Shown: positions 9,804 through 17,660 of the stretch, in pieces
How positions within the stretch are numbered: position 1 is the stretch's first letter
Layout of the letters: each line of letters begins with the position of its first letter
Source: Candidatus Altimarinota bacterium
Lineage (GTDB): Bacteria > Patescibacteriota > Gracilibacteria > CAIRYL01
Length of the DNA: 64,000 nt
Assembly (NCBI GenBank): GCA_965250085.1
Contig: OZ252287.1
Coordinates: 121,065 to 185,064, forward strand
Direction: 5' to 3'
Position numbers and translations under genes: made by a program
Notes under the pieces: generated by a model
What the model was told of the DNA's origin: nothing
The model's input: only the letters and a program-made list of their open reading frames with translations
The model's database searches: none

Positions 9804-9835
9804 AATAGGCTGGAGTAATATTACTCCAGCCTATT
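9804..9835. repeat. 32-bp perfect palindrome (hairpin or operator candidate)
   Basis: AATAGGCTGGAGTAAT|ATTACTCCAGCCTATT, read directly. It lies between the ORF ending at 9850 (-) and the small-ORF/NYN unit. Confidence 0.6.
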
Positions 9836-10092
9836 CCTGTTACTTTTTATTAGCAGCTGCATCTTCTACTTCTCCATCGTCTGCCTTTCGGATCACAAAT
9901 ACTGTCCCCTTCATGAAAACCATAAGTCAACAATTCTCTTGGATCTTCATGAAAAATTTCTGGCAAAAATGAACGCATCCAATCGTCGAACATTTGTAAC
10001 AATCGATCAGCGACATTTCCTATGTCGTAACGAGAATGTTTATCCACAATGCTGTTATAATCGCTCTTAGAAAAGAGCCCCGCATTCTGTGG

Positions 10093-11106
10093 TGAAGTGC
10101 ACCACTTGGGATAAAAAGATATTAGAGATTGTTATAGAAGTCAAAGACATGGGTGGGAGTTCTAAAGCCGAGAACTTTCATGGGAGTGTTGTTAAGAGTA
10201 TCAACAAAGGATTGTAACTGGTTTTGAGAGAAATTCTTGAGGTCAGCTTTCTTAGGGACAAATTTTCTAAGTTTTCCAATGGCGTTTTCTACAGAGCCTT
10301 TTTGCCAAGAAGAGTAGGGGTCACAAAAATAAATAGGGATTCTTAAGTCTTTATATCTTGTGTTTTCTACACCGTTGTCCAAGGTAAGTGAGTATGCAGG
10401 GAGTTGGTGCAGAATGTCTCCAAATCCCTGCATGGATTCTCTGAGCCGAGACACCTTCTTCACGAATATTTTACGAGAGAGTCGTTCTCTAACGATGACA
10501 AGAGTTTGTGGGGAAGCTTTCTTGGGTCTGCCCATGGTATCTCCTTCGTAGTGTCCAAATCTTTTCTTCTGGTTGATATGCTGAGGTCTTTGGGCAATAA
10601 ACACTCTATCTTTGATGATTTCATGCTTTGATTTCTTCTTTCTCCGTTTACGCTTCCTATATCTCTTGCGATAAAGAAGAGGACATAGGTCTTGTCCGTG
10701 TGCACTGTAGAGATATGTATAGATGGCATCTTTCCCAATACGAACTCTCTTCTCCAAGTACAGTACTCCTGCAATCTTCTCTGGTGACCATTTTAACAAC
10801 ATCTTTTCTCGCATATACTTCTCTATCTCATCATCCTCACGTACCTTCATTCCTTGGTATTTACTAAATCTTCTTTTGTTCTGTGCTTTTTGATGAGCCT
10901 TACACGCATCGTATCCTCCTCTCTTCATCTTCCGCTTGAGCTCTCTGATGATTGTAGAGTGACTCCTGTTCATCGCTTTGGCTATCGATCTCATCGAATA
11001 CCCTTTGGAGTGGAGTATTAAGAGTTCTTGTCTCTCGCTCTTACTGAAGTGTTCATAGTTGTTCATGCACCTAGAGTATTAAATTCTTCCGAGGTGGTGC
11101 ACTTCA
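10093..11106 (-). mobile_element. IS30-family insertion sequence
   Basis: Terminal inverted repeats TGAAGTGCACCAC (10093-10105) and GTGGTGCACTTCA (11094-11106), with partial matches a few bases further in. They enclose a single IS30-type transposase ORF. No clear target-site duplication seen. Confidence 0.75.
10122..11066 (-). CDS. IS30 family transposase
   Basis: 314-aa ORF. N-terminal HTH 'SERQELLILHSKGYSMRSIAKAMNRSHSTIIRELKR'. DDE region 'HYEGDTM' ... 'LDNGVENT' ... 'YFCDPYSSWQKGSVENAIGKLRKFVPKK'. Confidence 0.9.
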   Translation of the reverse strand: MNNYEHFSKSERQELLILHSKGYSMRSIAKAMNRSHSTIIRELKRKMKRGGYDACKAHQKAQNKRRFSKYQGMKVREDDEIEKYMREKMLLKWSPEKIAGVLYLEKRVRIGKDAIYTYLYSAHGQDLCPLLYRKRYRKRKRRKKKSKHEIIKDRVFIAQRPQHINQKKRFGHYEGDTMGRPKKASPQTLVIVRERLSRKIFVKKVSRLRESMQGFGDILHQLPAYSLTLDNGVENTRYKDLRIPIYFCDPYSSWQKGSVENAIGKLRKFVPKKADLKNFSQNQLQSFVDTLNNTPMKVLGFRTPTHVFDFYNNL

Positions 11107-11473
11107 AACTCGAATTGAGGAGCGAAGCTTTTTCTATCACCTCTTCTAATGCTGCTTCAGGAATTATAAACCGTTGACTTGCTAATGCGTGCATTGCTTT
11201 CACCTCTGTTAGACTATTTAGAAATCCGTCTTTTATAAGATATATAAACTTTTTCTCCAGCAGTGCCTTTAGGGCAATCAAATCATTTGAAGATGGTGTC
11301 ACCACTTCCTCAATAAATAGATTTGCCTGCCTTCTAAAATCTACATATATCATCTCAAGGGCTTCTGCGGTGATCCAAGGGAATTCTTTTTCCCAATTTT
11401 TTATTTCCCCTTGTATCTCATCGGGAAATGAAGAAGTCGCGACGCTGTGCTGAATTTGATTTACATCATTCAT
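11063..11473 (-). CDS. hypothetical protein; its 3' end runs into the IS30 element
   Basis: 136-aa ORF. The last ~14 codons (from 11107 downward) are IS-derived sequence. It overlaps the transposase start by 4 nt. No recognisable motif. Confidence 0.45.
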   Translation of the reverse strand: MNDVNQIQHSVATSSFPDEIQGEIKNWEKEFPWITAEALEMIYVDFRRQANLFIEEVVTPSSNDLIALKALLEKKFIYLIKDGFLNSLTEVKAMHALASQRFIIPEAALEEVIEKASLLNSSLKCTTSEEFNTLGA

Positions 11474-11902
11474 GATTATAAAAATAAAAGAATAAAAATA
11501 TAAAACTTACTTTTTGGCCATTATCGTAATGACCTCTTGAGTAAAATATTTTTATCAACACAGATACATACTGGTGACCTGCTGGAGGAGAATAAAAAAA
11601 GGCAACATAAGTAAAAAATGATATACAAAAAAACCCCACGGGCGATGAGAGGTTTTACAAAGATACGATTTATAAAGATTATAGCGTAGTGACTTCCCCT
11701 CGTCGCACGGTAGGCGAAGAACAACGATCTGTCATCACGTCAGATGTTTTTACGTAGTCGGCAGAGGGAAGGTCTAAGAGCATCTAAGTAAATTTAAACT
11801 TTACGAGAGTCATTAGATATTATTTTTATAATAAAGTCAAGGAAATACTGCATCCAACTCTTCCTTTTTTTTCTCATGAGTTTTTGAGAAAATACACTAC
11901 GA

Positions 11903-13654
11903 ATGAAGAATAACTCATATATGTATCACTCCGGCAGCGCTTCACATGTCTCTCCCCTGTGGAAGAGAATGCTCCATTTGGTTTTTCGATTTGTATTTTC
12001 TAGGAAGGGAATCATTACCATTGTCGCTCTCTTGATCTTCCTACCACTTATTTGGATGTACCTTATTTTGGGAGCATTTCGAACGCTATACTGGGATATG
12101 GCAAAATTGGGAGGGGTATTTCAGGAAAAGATATATCTTCTCCTCTTGCAAAACGAAAATGAACTTCGTCCCACAGGAGGATTTCTCACAAGCTTTGCAG
12201 TCATAAAAGTCAAAAGAGGCATTCCTGATATTGCATTTTACAACACAGAGCAAGTTGCTATTCCACAACCAGAGATCCAAGCTCCAAGTGCAATAGAAAC
12301 TGCATTCTCCAAAGATCCCAAATATGCAGGATGGGTCTTTCGTGATTCTAACTTTTCACTTGATTTTGAAGAAAATGCGAAGAAGGCAGTAGAATTTCTG
12401 CAAATCGACCCCCTCTTTAAAGAAGAGCAATTTCACGGTGTGATAGCAGTAGATATAAATTTTCTGGAGGATATTGTGAACCTTTTGGGGCCTTTTGAGT
12501 TTGAAGGGGAGAATCTGGCGGGGAGAGATCTCTTTGAAAATATTGAGTTTGTAGCAAAAAACTTTGATCACCATGATTTTAACCAGTGGCAGTCACGAAA
12601 GGAGAGCATTCTCCCTTTAGCGAAAGAAATAATACAATCCCTCAAGTCTTCTCCAAAAAAATGGGAATCGTTTTTTTCAATTTCAAAAGAAAATGCAAAT
12701 CAAAAACATCTTCTCTTTTTCTTTCCCGACACTGGGCTCCAGAAAAAAATGCAAGAAAAGGGATGGACTGGCAATATTCCTTCATCATTTTGGAGCGTTA
12801 ATTTTGCAAATCTGGGGGGGAGAAAAGGAGACAGATTTCTTCGAAAAAGGTTTGAAAGCTCCGTGCATATAGAAGCAGATGGAGACACAGAAGAACGTTT
12901 TTCAATATATCTTTCTCATGAAGGAACATATCATTTACAGTCAGATTTGTATCAAGCATTTGTGCGTATCGTACGGCCTCAAGGATATGAACTTAAAAAT
13001 GTAGAAGGAGATTTTGATATTCTGCCAGATCATAATGAACAGAAATACGGGGAAGAATACTCTTTTTTTCTAAAGATCCTCCCAGGAGAGAAAAAGGTAT
13101 TTACGTTTTTCTTCACACCTTCTGAAGAAAACCAATTTTCATCTTCAGAGACTGTTTCTATCATGCTAGTCAAACAACCGGGCACACTTTCTCCTCATTG
13201 GGATTTTACATTGCGAGGAGAAAATGACCCTCGATTCTCAGCAGAAGGATGTACTACAGCATCTTCACGAGAAAATATATTCTTTTGTGATGTGACACTT
13301 AATACGGATACAAGGCTTCTTTTTAAGAAGCACCCAGATACAACACCTCCCCTCCTACAATTTGCAGAATTTGTTTCTGCGGATCGAATAGAAGCAAGAT
13401 TTTCAGAAGATATTTTTTCAGACATTCCTTTTGAAAACTTTGTACTGATTCGTGCTGATGGATCAGAGGAAAAGATTCCTATTACAGAGGTGCATATTGA
13501 AGGAGAAAGTGTTCTTCTCGATCTTGCGGACAATCCGCCCAGAAGTGAAGGAGAACGCTTTTTTCTGGAAATAAAGAATATCAGGGATATTTCAGAAAAT
13601 ATGTTTCAGGGGAAAGAGCCGGGAACTTTTTTCACGACTCTTGTTCAACAATAG
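11903..13654 (+). CDS. DUF4012 domain membrane-anchored protein
   Basis: 583-aa ORF. N-terminal TM 'GIITIVALLIFLPLIWMYLILGAF' followed by 'LLLQNENELRPTGGFLTSFAVIKVKRG', the signature region of DUF4012. Confidence 0.75.
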   Translation: MKNNSYMYHSGSASHVSPLWKRMLHLVFRFVFSRKGIITIVALLIFLPLIWMYLILGAFRTLYWDMAKLGGVFQEKIYLLLLQNENELRPTGGFLTSFAVIKVKRGIPDIAFYNTEQVAIPQPEIQAPSAIETAFSKDPKYAGWVFRDSNFSLDFEENAKKAVEFLQIDPLFKEEQFHGVIAVDINFLEDIVNLLGPFEFEGENLAGRDLFENIEFVAKNFDHHDFNQWQSRKESILPLAKEIIQSLKSSPKKWESFFSISKENANQKHLLFFFPDTGLQKKMQEKGWTGNIPSSFWSVNFANLGGRKGDRFLRKRFESSVHIEADGDTEERFSIYLSHEGTYHLQSDLYQAFVRIVRPQGYELKNVEGDFDILPDHNEQKYGEEYSFFLKILPGEKKVFTFFFTPSEENQFSSSETVSIMLVKQPGTLSPHWDFTLRGENDPRFSAEGCTTASSRENIFFCDVTLNTDTRLLFKKHPDTTPPLLQFAEFVSADRIEARFSEDIFSDIPFENFVLIRADGSEEKIPITEVHIEGESVLLDLADNPPRSEGERFFLEIKNIRDISENMFQGKEPGTFFTTLVQQ

Positions 13655-13804
13655 AAGTTTGTATCACAAATGAAAAAATTAGTTAGGATTTGCAAAAATT
13701 TGCACATTATATGAATTATGGAAGAAATATTGGCTCCCACATCTCATGATTCTTGATTCTTGATTCATTATTCACCCCAGATGTCGCACAAAAACATCTT
13801 CCAC

Positions 13805-14992
13805 ATGAAAGTACCATCCTCTCATCGCAAACTTCTTATCACTCGATTCCCCCTTGAATCTGCTTGGGGAGGTGAAGAGGGGATTCACTTGAGAATGGCA
13901 GAAGTATTTCGAAAACACGATATTGAAACGGAACTTTTGAGCTCTTGCAAATATCTGACAGAAGCTTTTAATGAACAAAAATTTTATACAAAAAAAGAAT
14001 TTCAAAAAGACATTACTTCAAAAGTGCAGCTTCTTTTGAGCATCATCATCGTCCCTTTCTTTTTTTTAAGAGGAATGATATGGCTTGGATATTTTCGATT
14101 ATTTCGAAAAACCAAAACTGTTTTATTTCTTACCTTTATAGAAAAAATCACATGGACGCCGATTGCACAGTTTTTGGGAATGAAAGTTTTTTGGGGACAT
14201 CATGCTCCCTTAGGATCCTGGTTCTTTTGTAACCCGTATTTGTTTTTTTGGAAGCTGTATAGTCGATTTGCGACCATTATTGTCACATCTGAAAGCATGA
14301 AAAGCAGCCTCACTCCCTATGTACAAAGAAAAAATAGTATTCAAGTAATTCCTAATATTTCTTTATTGAATAAAAAATTTGATCAAAAAAAGGAATCAAG
14401 AGATGATTTTTATACTCTTTTGTCTCAAAAAACAAAGAGAGATTTTTCAAAGAAAAACACCTTTTTTGTCGCCACTACCAGTAGACTTTCTCCAGAGAAG
14501 GGGATAGAAGACCTCGTTTTTGCAGCAGAGACGCTTCTTCAGAAAAATTCAGGCCTTGTTTTTCTTTCTGCAGGGACAGGATCTGAAGAAAAATCACTTC
14601 ATCATCTGGTGCATCAAAAAAATCTCCAGAATTATTTTTTCTTTCTTGGCTTCTTGCAGCCAAAAGAACTTCCACTTTTTTTGCAGCACATAGGTCTTCT
14701 TGTGTGTCCATCTCACCAAGAACCATTCGGAATCAGTATTCTAGAGGCAATGAGTGCAAAAAAAGCAATTGTAGCATCTGAAGAAGGAGGAATCCCCGAG
14801 CTTCTGGGAGAAAAGAATATTGGTCTTTTTGAAACAAAAAATAGAGAAAGTCTAGTGCAAAAAATAAAATATTTTATTCAAAATTCTGAACAGCGAAAAA
14901 CATGGGGTCGCAAAAATTATAAAAGATGGGAAAAGCACTTTTCTTCTGAGAAATTCGAAGGTCTTCTATTGAGCACATTTTTTGATCAATAG
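13805..14992 (+). CDS. glycosyltransferase family 4 (GT-B, Glycos_transf_1)
   Basis: The ORF track starts at 13760 (TTG). I place the start at the internal Met 'MKVPSSHRKLLITRFPLESAWGGEEG', but the start is uncertain. C-terminal 'PSHQEPFGISILEAMSAKKAIVASEEGGIPELL' is the GT4 E-x7-E region. Confidence 0.85.
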   Translation: MKVPSSHRKLLITRFPLESAWGGEEGIHLRMAEVFRKHDIETELLSSCKYLTEAFNEQKFYTKKEFQKDITSKVQLLLSIIIVPFFFLRGMIWLGYFRLFRKTKTVLFLTFIEKITWTPIAQFLGMKVFWGHHAPLGSWFFCNPYLFFWKLYSRFATIIVTSESMKSSLTPYVQRKNSIQVIPNISLLNKKFDQKKESRDDFYTLLSQKTKRDFSKKNTFFVATTSRLSPEKGIEDLVFAAETLLQKNSGLVFLSAGTGSEEKSLHHLVHQKNLQNYFFFLGFLQPKELPLFLQHIGLLVCPSHQEPFGISILEAMSAKKAIVASEEGGIPELLGEKNIGLFETKNRESLVQKIKYFIQNSEQRKTWGRKNYKRWEKHFSSEKFEGLLLSTFFDQ

Positions 14993-15123
14993 TTGTATAC
15001 AAAAGTAATACAAAAAAAGGACTTTTGTTTTCTTGCAAGGCTATCTCTTTGACGAAACGAGAGAGAAAGAGGATATTTTGTCACAGTTCTTTTTACAAAT
15101 TTCTGCGAGGTTTGATACCTCCT

Positions 15124-15238
15124 CCCTTCACCACTCTCTTCATTATTCAAGGGGGAAGCGCGTATTTTGGTTTTTCTGGAATCTTCCGGACCATGGACGC
15201 TCCCCACGTAGTTTCTCAGGGGGTATTGGTGATGAGGG
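15124..15238 (+). ncRNA. candidate structured RNA or 5' leader element (unclassified)
   Basis: Four nested helices found by hand: 15124-15133/15227-15238 (10 bp, 2-nt bulge); 15152-15160/15198-15205 (8 bp, 1-nt bulge); 15168-15171/15190-15193; 15176-15179/15186-15189 (6-nt loop). Two G-U pairs work only on the + strand. The surrounding ~300 nt lack stop codons in three frames despite being intergenic. Confidence 0.3.
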
Positions 15239-15358
15239 AATGCTCGGCTTTCTTGCGGAATTTTTTCAAAAAATACAGGAGTTCTTCCTTACAGATTCTT
15301 GTATTTTTTGATTGCCTATGAGAAACTTCCTCCTGCTCTTTTTTGTATATGCGCAGAC

Positions 15359-16021
15359 ATGGCACATCGATCAAAGTATTGGTATCTCCAGCAATTTAAC
15401 CTTTTTGAAGGCATTACAGATGAGGATCTTATGCAGATTCATGATGTTTCGATGGAACACTTTTATCGAAAAAAAGATCTTTTATTTGAGCCGGGGACCA
15501 AACTGGATACCGTGTATATTTTGAAAGAAGGGGAAGTCACTCTGTATCAAATGCACAAAGACAAAAGAGTTATTTTGGACATATTGAAACCAGGATCATT
15601 TTTTGGAAATATTTCTCTGAATCCAAATGAAGAAACGACATACTACGCTGAAGCGACAGATAAAGTCCTTATTTGCGCATTTTCTACAGATTCTTTTTTG
15701 GCTATTATTCGTAGTTATCCAGAGATAGTGCTTCGGCTCTTACAGATGTTTACTGAAAAAATACGTGAATATGAAGATCGCATCACATCAGGAGCACTGT
15801 ACAATGCAAAACTCAAGGTACTAGAAGCCATAAAAACAATTCACAAAAAAGATAAGGGTAATTTTCTCCCACGTATTTTGCAGAAAAAAACAAAAATAAC
15901 TCACGAGAAACTGGCTGCTATTACAGGACTGGCACGAGAAACAGTGACAAAAGCAATTGCGGAGCTTTCGGAAGAGGAAAAAATACTTGTTGAAGGGCGT
16001 AAAATCTCTATCACCTCTTAG
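15359..16021 (+). CDS. Crp/Fnr family transcriptional regulator
   Basis: Start taken at the internal Met 'MAHRSKYWYLQQFNLFEGITDEDL'. cNMP-binding-like 'LFEPGTKLDTVYILKEGEVTLY...PGSFFGNISL'. C-terminal HTH 'THEKLAAITGLARETVTKAIAEL'. Confidence 0.85.
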   Translation: MAHRSKYWYLQQFNLFEGITDEDLMQIHDVSMEHFYRKKDLLFEPGTKLDTVYILKEGEVTLYQMHKDKRVILDILKPGSFFGNISLNPNEETTYYAEATDKVLICAFSTDSFLAIIRSYPEIVLRLLQMFTEKIREYEDRITSGALYNAKLKVLEAIKTIHKKDKGNFLPRILQKKTKITHEKLAAITGLARETVTKAIAELSEEEKILVEGRKISITS

Positions 16022-16024
16022 GTT

Positions 16025-16651
16025 ATGATACTTTGTATCAATACTGTATTGGGAGCGGGAAGTGTCACTGTTTTTGAGGAAAAATATGGCAAAGCACGCC
16101 AAAAAAAAATGATTCAAAAAAGAGATTTGGTTTCAGAAATTCATGAAATCCTTGTAAAAAATTCCCTCTCTCCACGCGAAATCACAAAGATTTATGCCCT
16201 GCAAGGACCAGGTCCATTTACTGCTGTTCGAAATCTTGCCACCATTATGAACGCTTGGAAACTCAGCTTTCCACAGATAGAACTCTTTCCTCTTCCTACC
16301 GGAGTATTTTTGCAGTGTCAGTTTCCTGACGCTGAGCATATATTTCTTTCTGCTGGGAAATCAGCATTTTTTCTTTTTAATGCTCAAAATCCAACACAAT
16401 TTCAAAAGCTTCCCATTGCACAACTTTCCGGGTTTTCAGGAATATATGGGGGATATCTCCGTCCAGATGCGAAAATACCAGATCATTTGCAAAAAGCTTC
16501 ACCCCTTTCAGACGAAGAAGTATTTGGACACATTTTAAAATCAGGAAAGCATGACGCAGAAGACTTTCTTTTCCCCATATATGGCGCAGAAGCACATATC
16601 AGCGCTCCTGTTTCAACTTCAGCTGTGGAAGCTTCTTTTCCACTGAAATAG
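16025..16651 (+). CDS. tsaB: TsaB (YeaZ)-like tRNA t6A biosynthesis protein
   Basis: 208-aa ORF. 'MILCINTVLGAGSVTVFE' plus 'IYALQGPGPFTAVRNLATIMNAW' resembles the TsaB 'GPGSFTGLRIG' region. Divergent, so only moderate confidence. Confidence 0.55.
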   Translation: MILCINTVLGAGSVTVFEEKYGKARQKKMIQKRDLVSEIHEILVKNSLSPREITKIYALQGPGPFTAVRNLATIMNAWKLSFPQIELFPLPTGVFLQCQFPDAEHIFLSAGKSAFFLFNAQNPTQFQKLPIAQLSGFSGIYGGYLRPDAKIPDHLQKASPLSDEEVFGHILKSGKHDAEDFLFPIYGAEAHISAPVSTSAVEASFPLK

Positions 16652-16896
16652 AGAATACTGGCAATTGGTCCACATATTCACTGCTTTCTATTTTGTGAAC
16701 CTCTTGACGTTTTTTAAAAATATGAAAATTACGTTTTGACTTTCTCAGTGATGAATCCTTCTTTTTTTCCAAAAACAGCTTTAATGAAACATTAAGATTT
16801 TATTAAAAAATCAAAGAAAATAATTGACGATTTTCTTCTTTTCAAAGAAGTATTATGCCTCAATAAGAATTATTTTGAGTAAATAGAATAAAATAA

Positions 16897-17606
16897 GGCT
16901 CTTGAGTAGAATAATTACTTCAATTATTCTCTTAACATGCTTAAACACAGTAAAATATCGAATTATAAGATCAAAAAAATATTGAAGTGTTTTTGTGAAG
17001 ATCTCAATGCATCAAAAACAGCAAATATTCTAGATCTCAATCGGAGAACGGTTGATCGATATTTTAATATTTTTAGAGAAAAGATTGCAAAGTTCTCTTT
17101 AGCACAGTCAAAGAGTTTTGGAGAATTTGAACTTGATGAAAGTTACTTTGGAGCAAAGAGAATGAGAGGAAAGAGAGGAAGAGGAGCCGCAGGAAAGACT
17201 CCTGTCTTTGGAATCCTTCAAAGAGAAGGAAGGGTATTTGTTTCTATTGTAAAAGATTGCTCCAGAAAAGAGCTCCTACCTATTATTCAAGGAAAAATAC
17301 TAGAAGGATCAACTATTCATACTGATGGATGGAGAGCTTATGATGGACTCATTCTCAATGGATATGATCACTATCGTATTCATCACTCAGAAAATGAATT
17401 TGCACGAGGAAAATGTCATGTAAATGGTATTGAATCCTTTTGGTCTTTTGCGAAAAGAAGACTCTCTAAGTTTAACGGAATTGCTTCTCACAAGTTTAAC
17501 TTTCACCTCAAAGAATGTGAGTGGCGATGGAACTATAAAGATCAAGATATTTTTGTTATAATGTCCAAAATTATCAGAGATTTTTAAAATCTCCTACTCT
17601 AGAGCC
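16897..17606 (+). mobile_element. IS1595-family (IS1016-like size) insertion sequence with 8-bp target-site duplication
   Basis: Inverted repeats GGCTCTTGAGTAG (16897-16909) and CTACTCTAGAGCC (17594-17606) match at 12 of 13 positions. They are flanked directly by identical TAAAATAA at 16889-16896 and 17607-17614. A single DDE_Tnp_IS1595-type ORF lies inside. Element length is 710 bp. Confidence 0.9.
16937..17587 (+). CDS. IS1595 family (ISXO2-like) transposase
   Basis: 216-aa ORF. 'FELDESYFGAKRMRGKRGRGAAGKTPVFGILQREGRVF', 'IHTDGWRAYDGL' and 'HVNGIESFWSFAKRRLSKFNGI' are typical of IS1595 transposases. Confidence 0.9.
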   Translation: MLKHSKISNYKIKKILKCFCEDLNASKTANILDLNRRTVDRYFNIFREKIAKFSLAQSKSFGEFELDESYFGAKRMRGKRGRGAAGKTPVFGILQREGRVFVSIVKDCSRKELLPIIQGKILEGSTIHTDGWRAYDGLILNGYDHYRIHHSENEFARGKCHVNGIESFWSFAKRRLSKFNGIASHKFNFHLKECEWRWNYKDQDIFVIMSKIIRDF

Positions 17607-17660
17607 TAAAATAATATGTGAAATATACTTTTTTATTTCTTTTTTCACTTTTTTATAAAT

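Noticed and set aside
9850-10047. A 65-aa minus-strand ORF abutting the IS30 left end, as the displaced 3' part of the interrupted gene.
   Set aside because: Direct joining of the IS flanks puts it in a different frame from the upstream ORF, which would stop about 9 codons past the junction. The sequence has no recognisable features, so its coding status is unsupported.
10040-10048. A perfect DnaA box (TTATCCACA) just outside the IS30 left end.
   Set aside because: It is a single isolated box about 22 kb from dnaA with no neighbouring boxes or AT-rich unwinding element. It is most likely a chance occurrence.
11521-11724. The 67-aa minus-strand ORF in the same spacer.
   Set aside because: The sequence is low-complexity and hydrophobic with no plausible start context. 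It is probably a chance ORF.
11691-11774. Possible structured RNA in the 430-bp spacer upstream of the DUF4012 gene. A long-range pairing exists between GACTTCCCCTC and GAGGGAAGGTC.
   Set aside because: Only one convincing outer helix (10 bp with a bulge and a G-U pair) could be built by hand, with little nested support, and I recognised no family motif. It is worth an Rfam scan, but I cannot support it as a feature.
13747-13767. A 3 x 7-bp tandem repeat (TGATTCT TGATTCT TGATTCA) at the start of the glycosyltransferase ORF.
   Set aside because: It is very short and sits upstream of the more likely ATG start at 13805, with no evident function.
15124-15238. SRP (4.5S) RNA on the minus strand. 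The minus strand contains GGUCCGGAAG, identical to the E. coli 4.5S apical segment.
   Set aside because: The bases after the GGAA do not close the tetraloop, and the conserved AGCAGCC-type 3' strand is missing. The hand-found helices also contain G-U pairs that become A-C mismatches on the minus strand. I kept it only as an unclassified + strand candidate.
14986-15321. Three overlapping ORFs of 73-98 aa (two on +, one on -) between the glycosyltransferase and Crp genes.
   Set aside because: The translations look non-protein-like, and mutually overlapping open frames point to compositional bias (a GC-richer structured segment) rather than coding.
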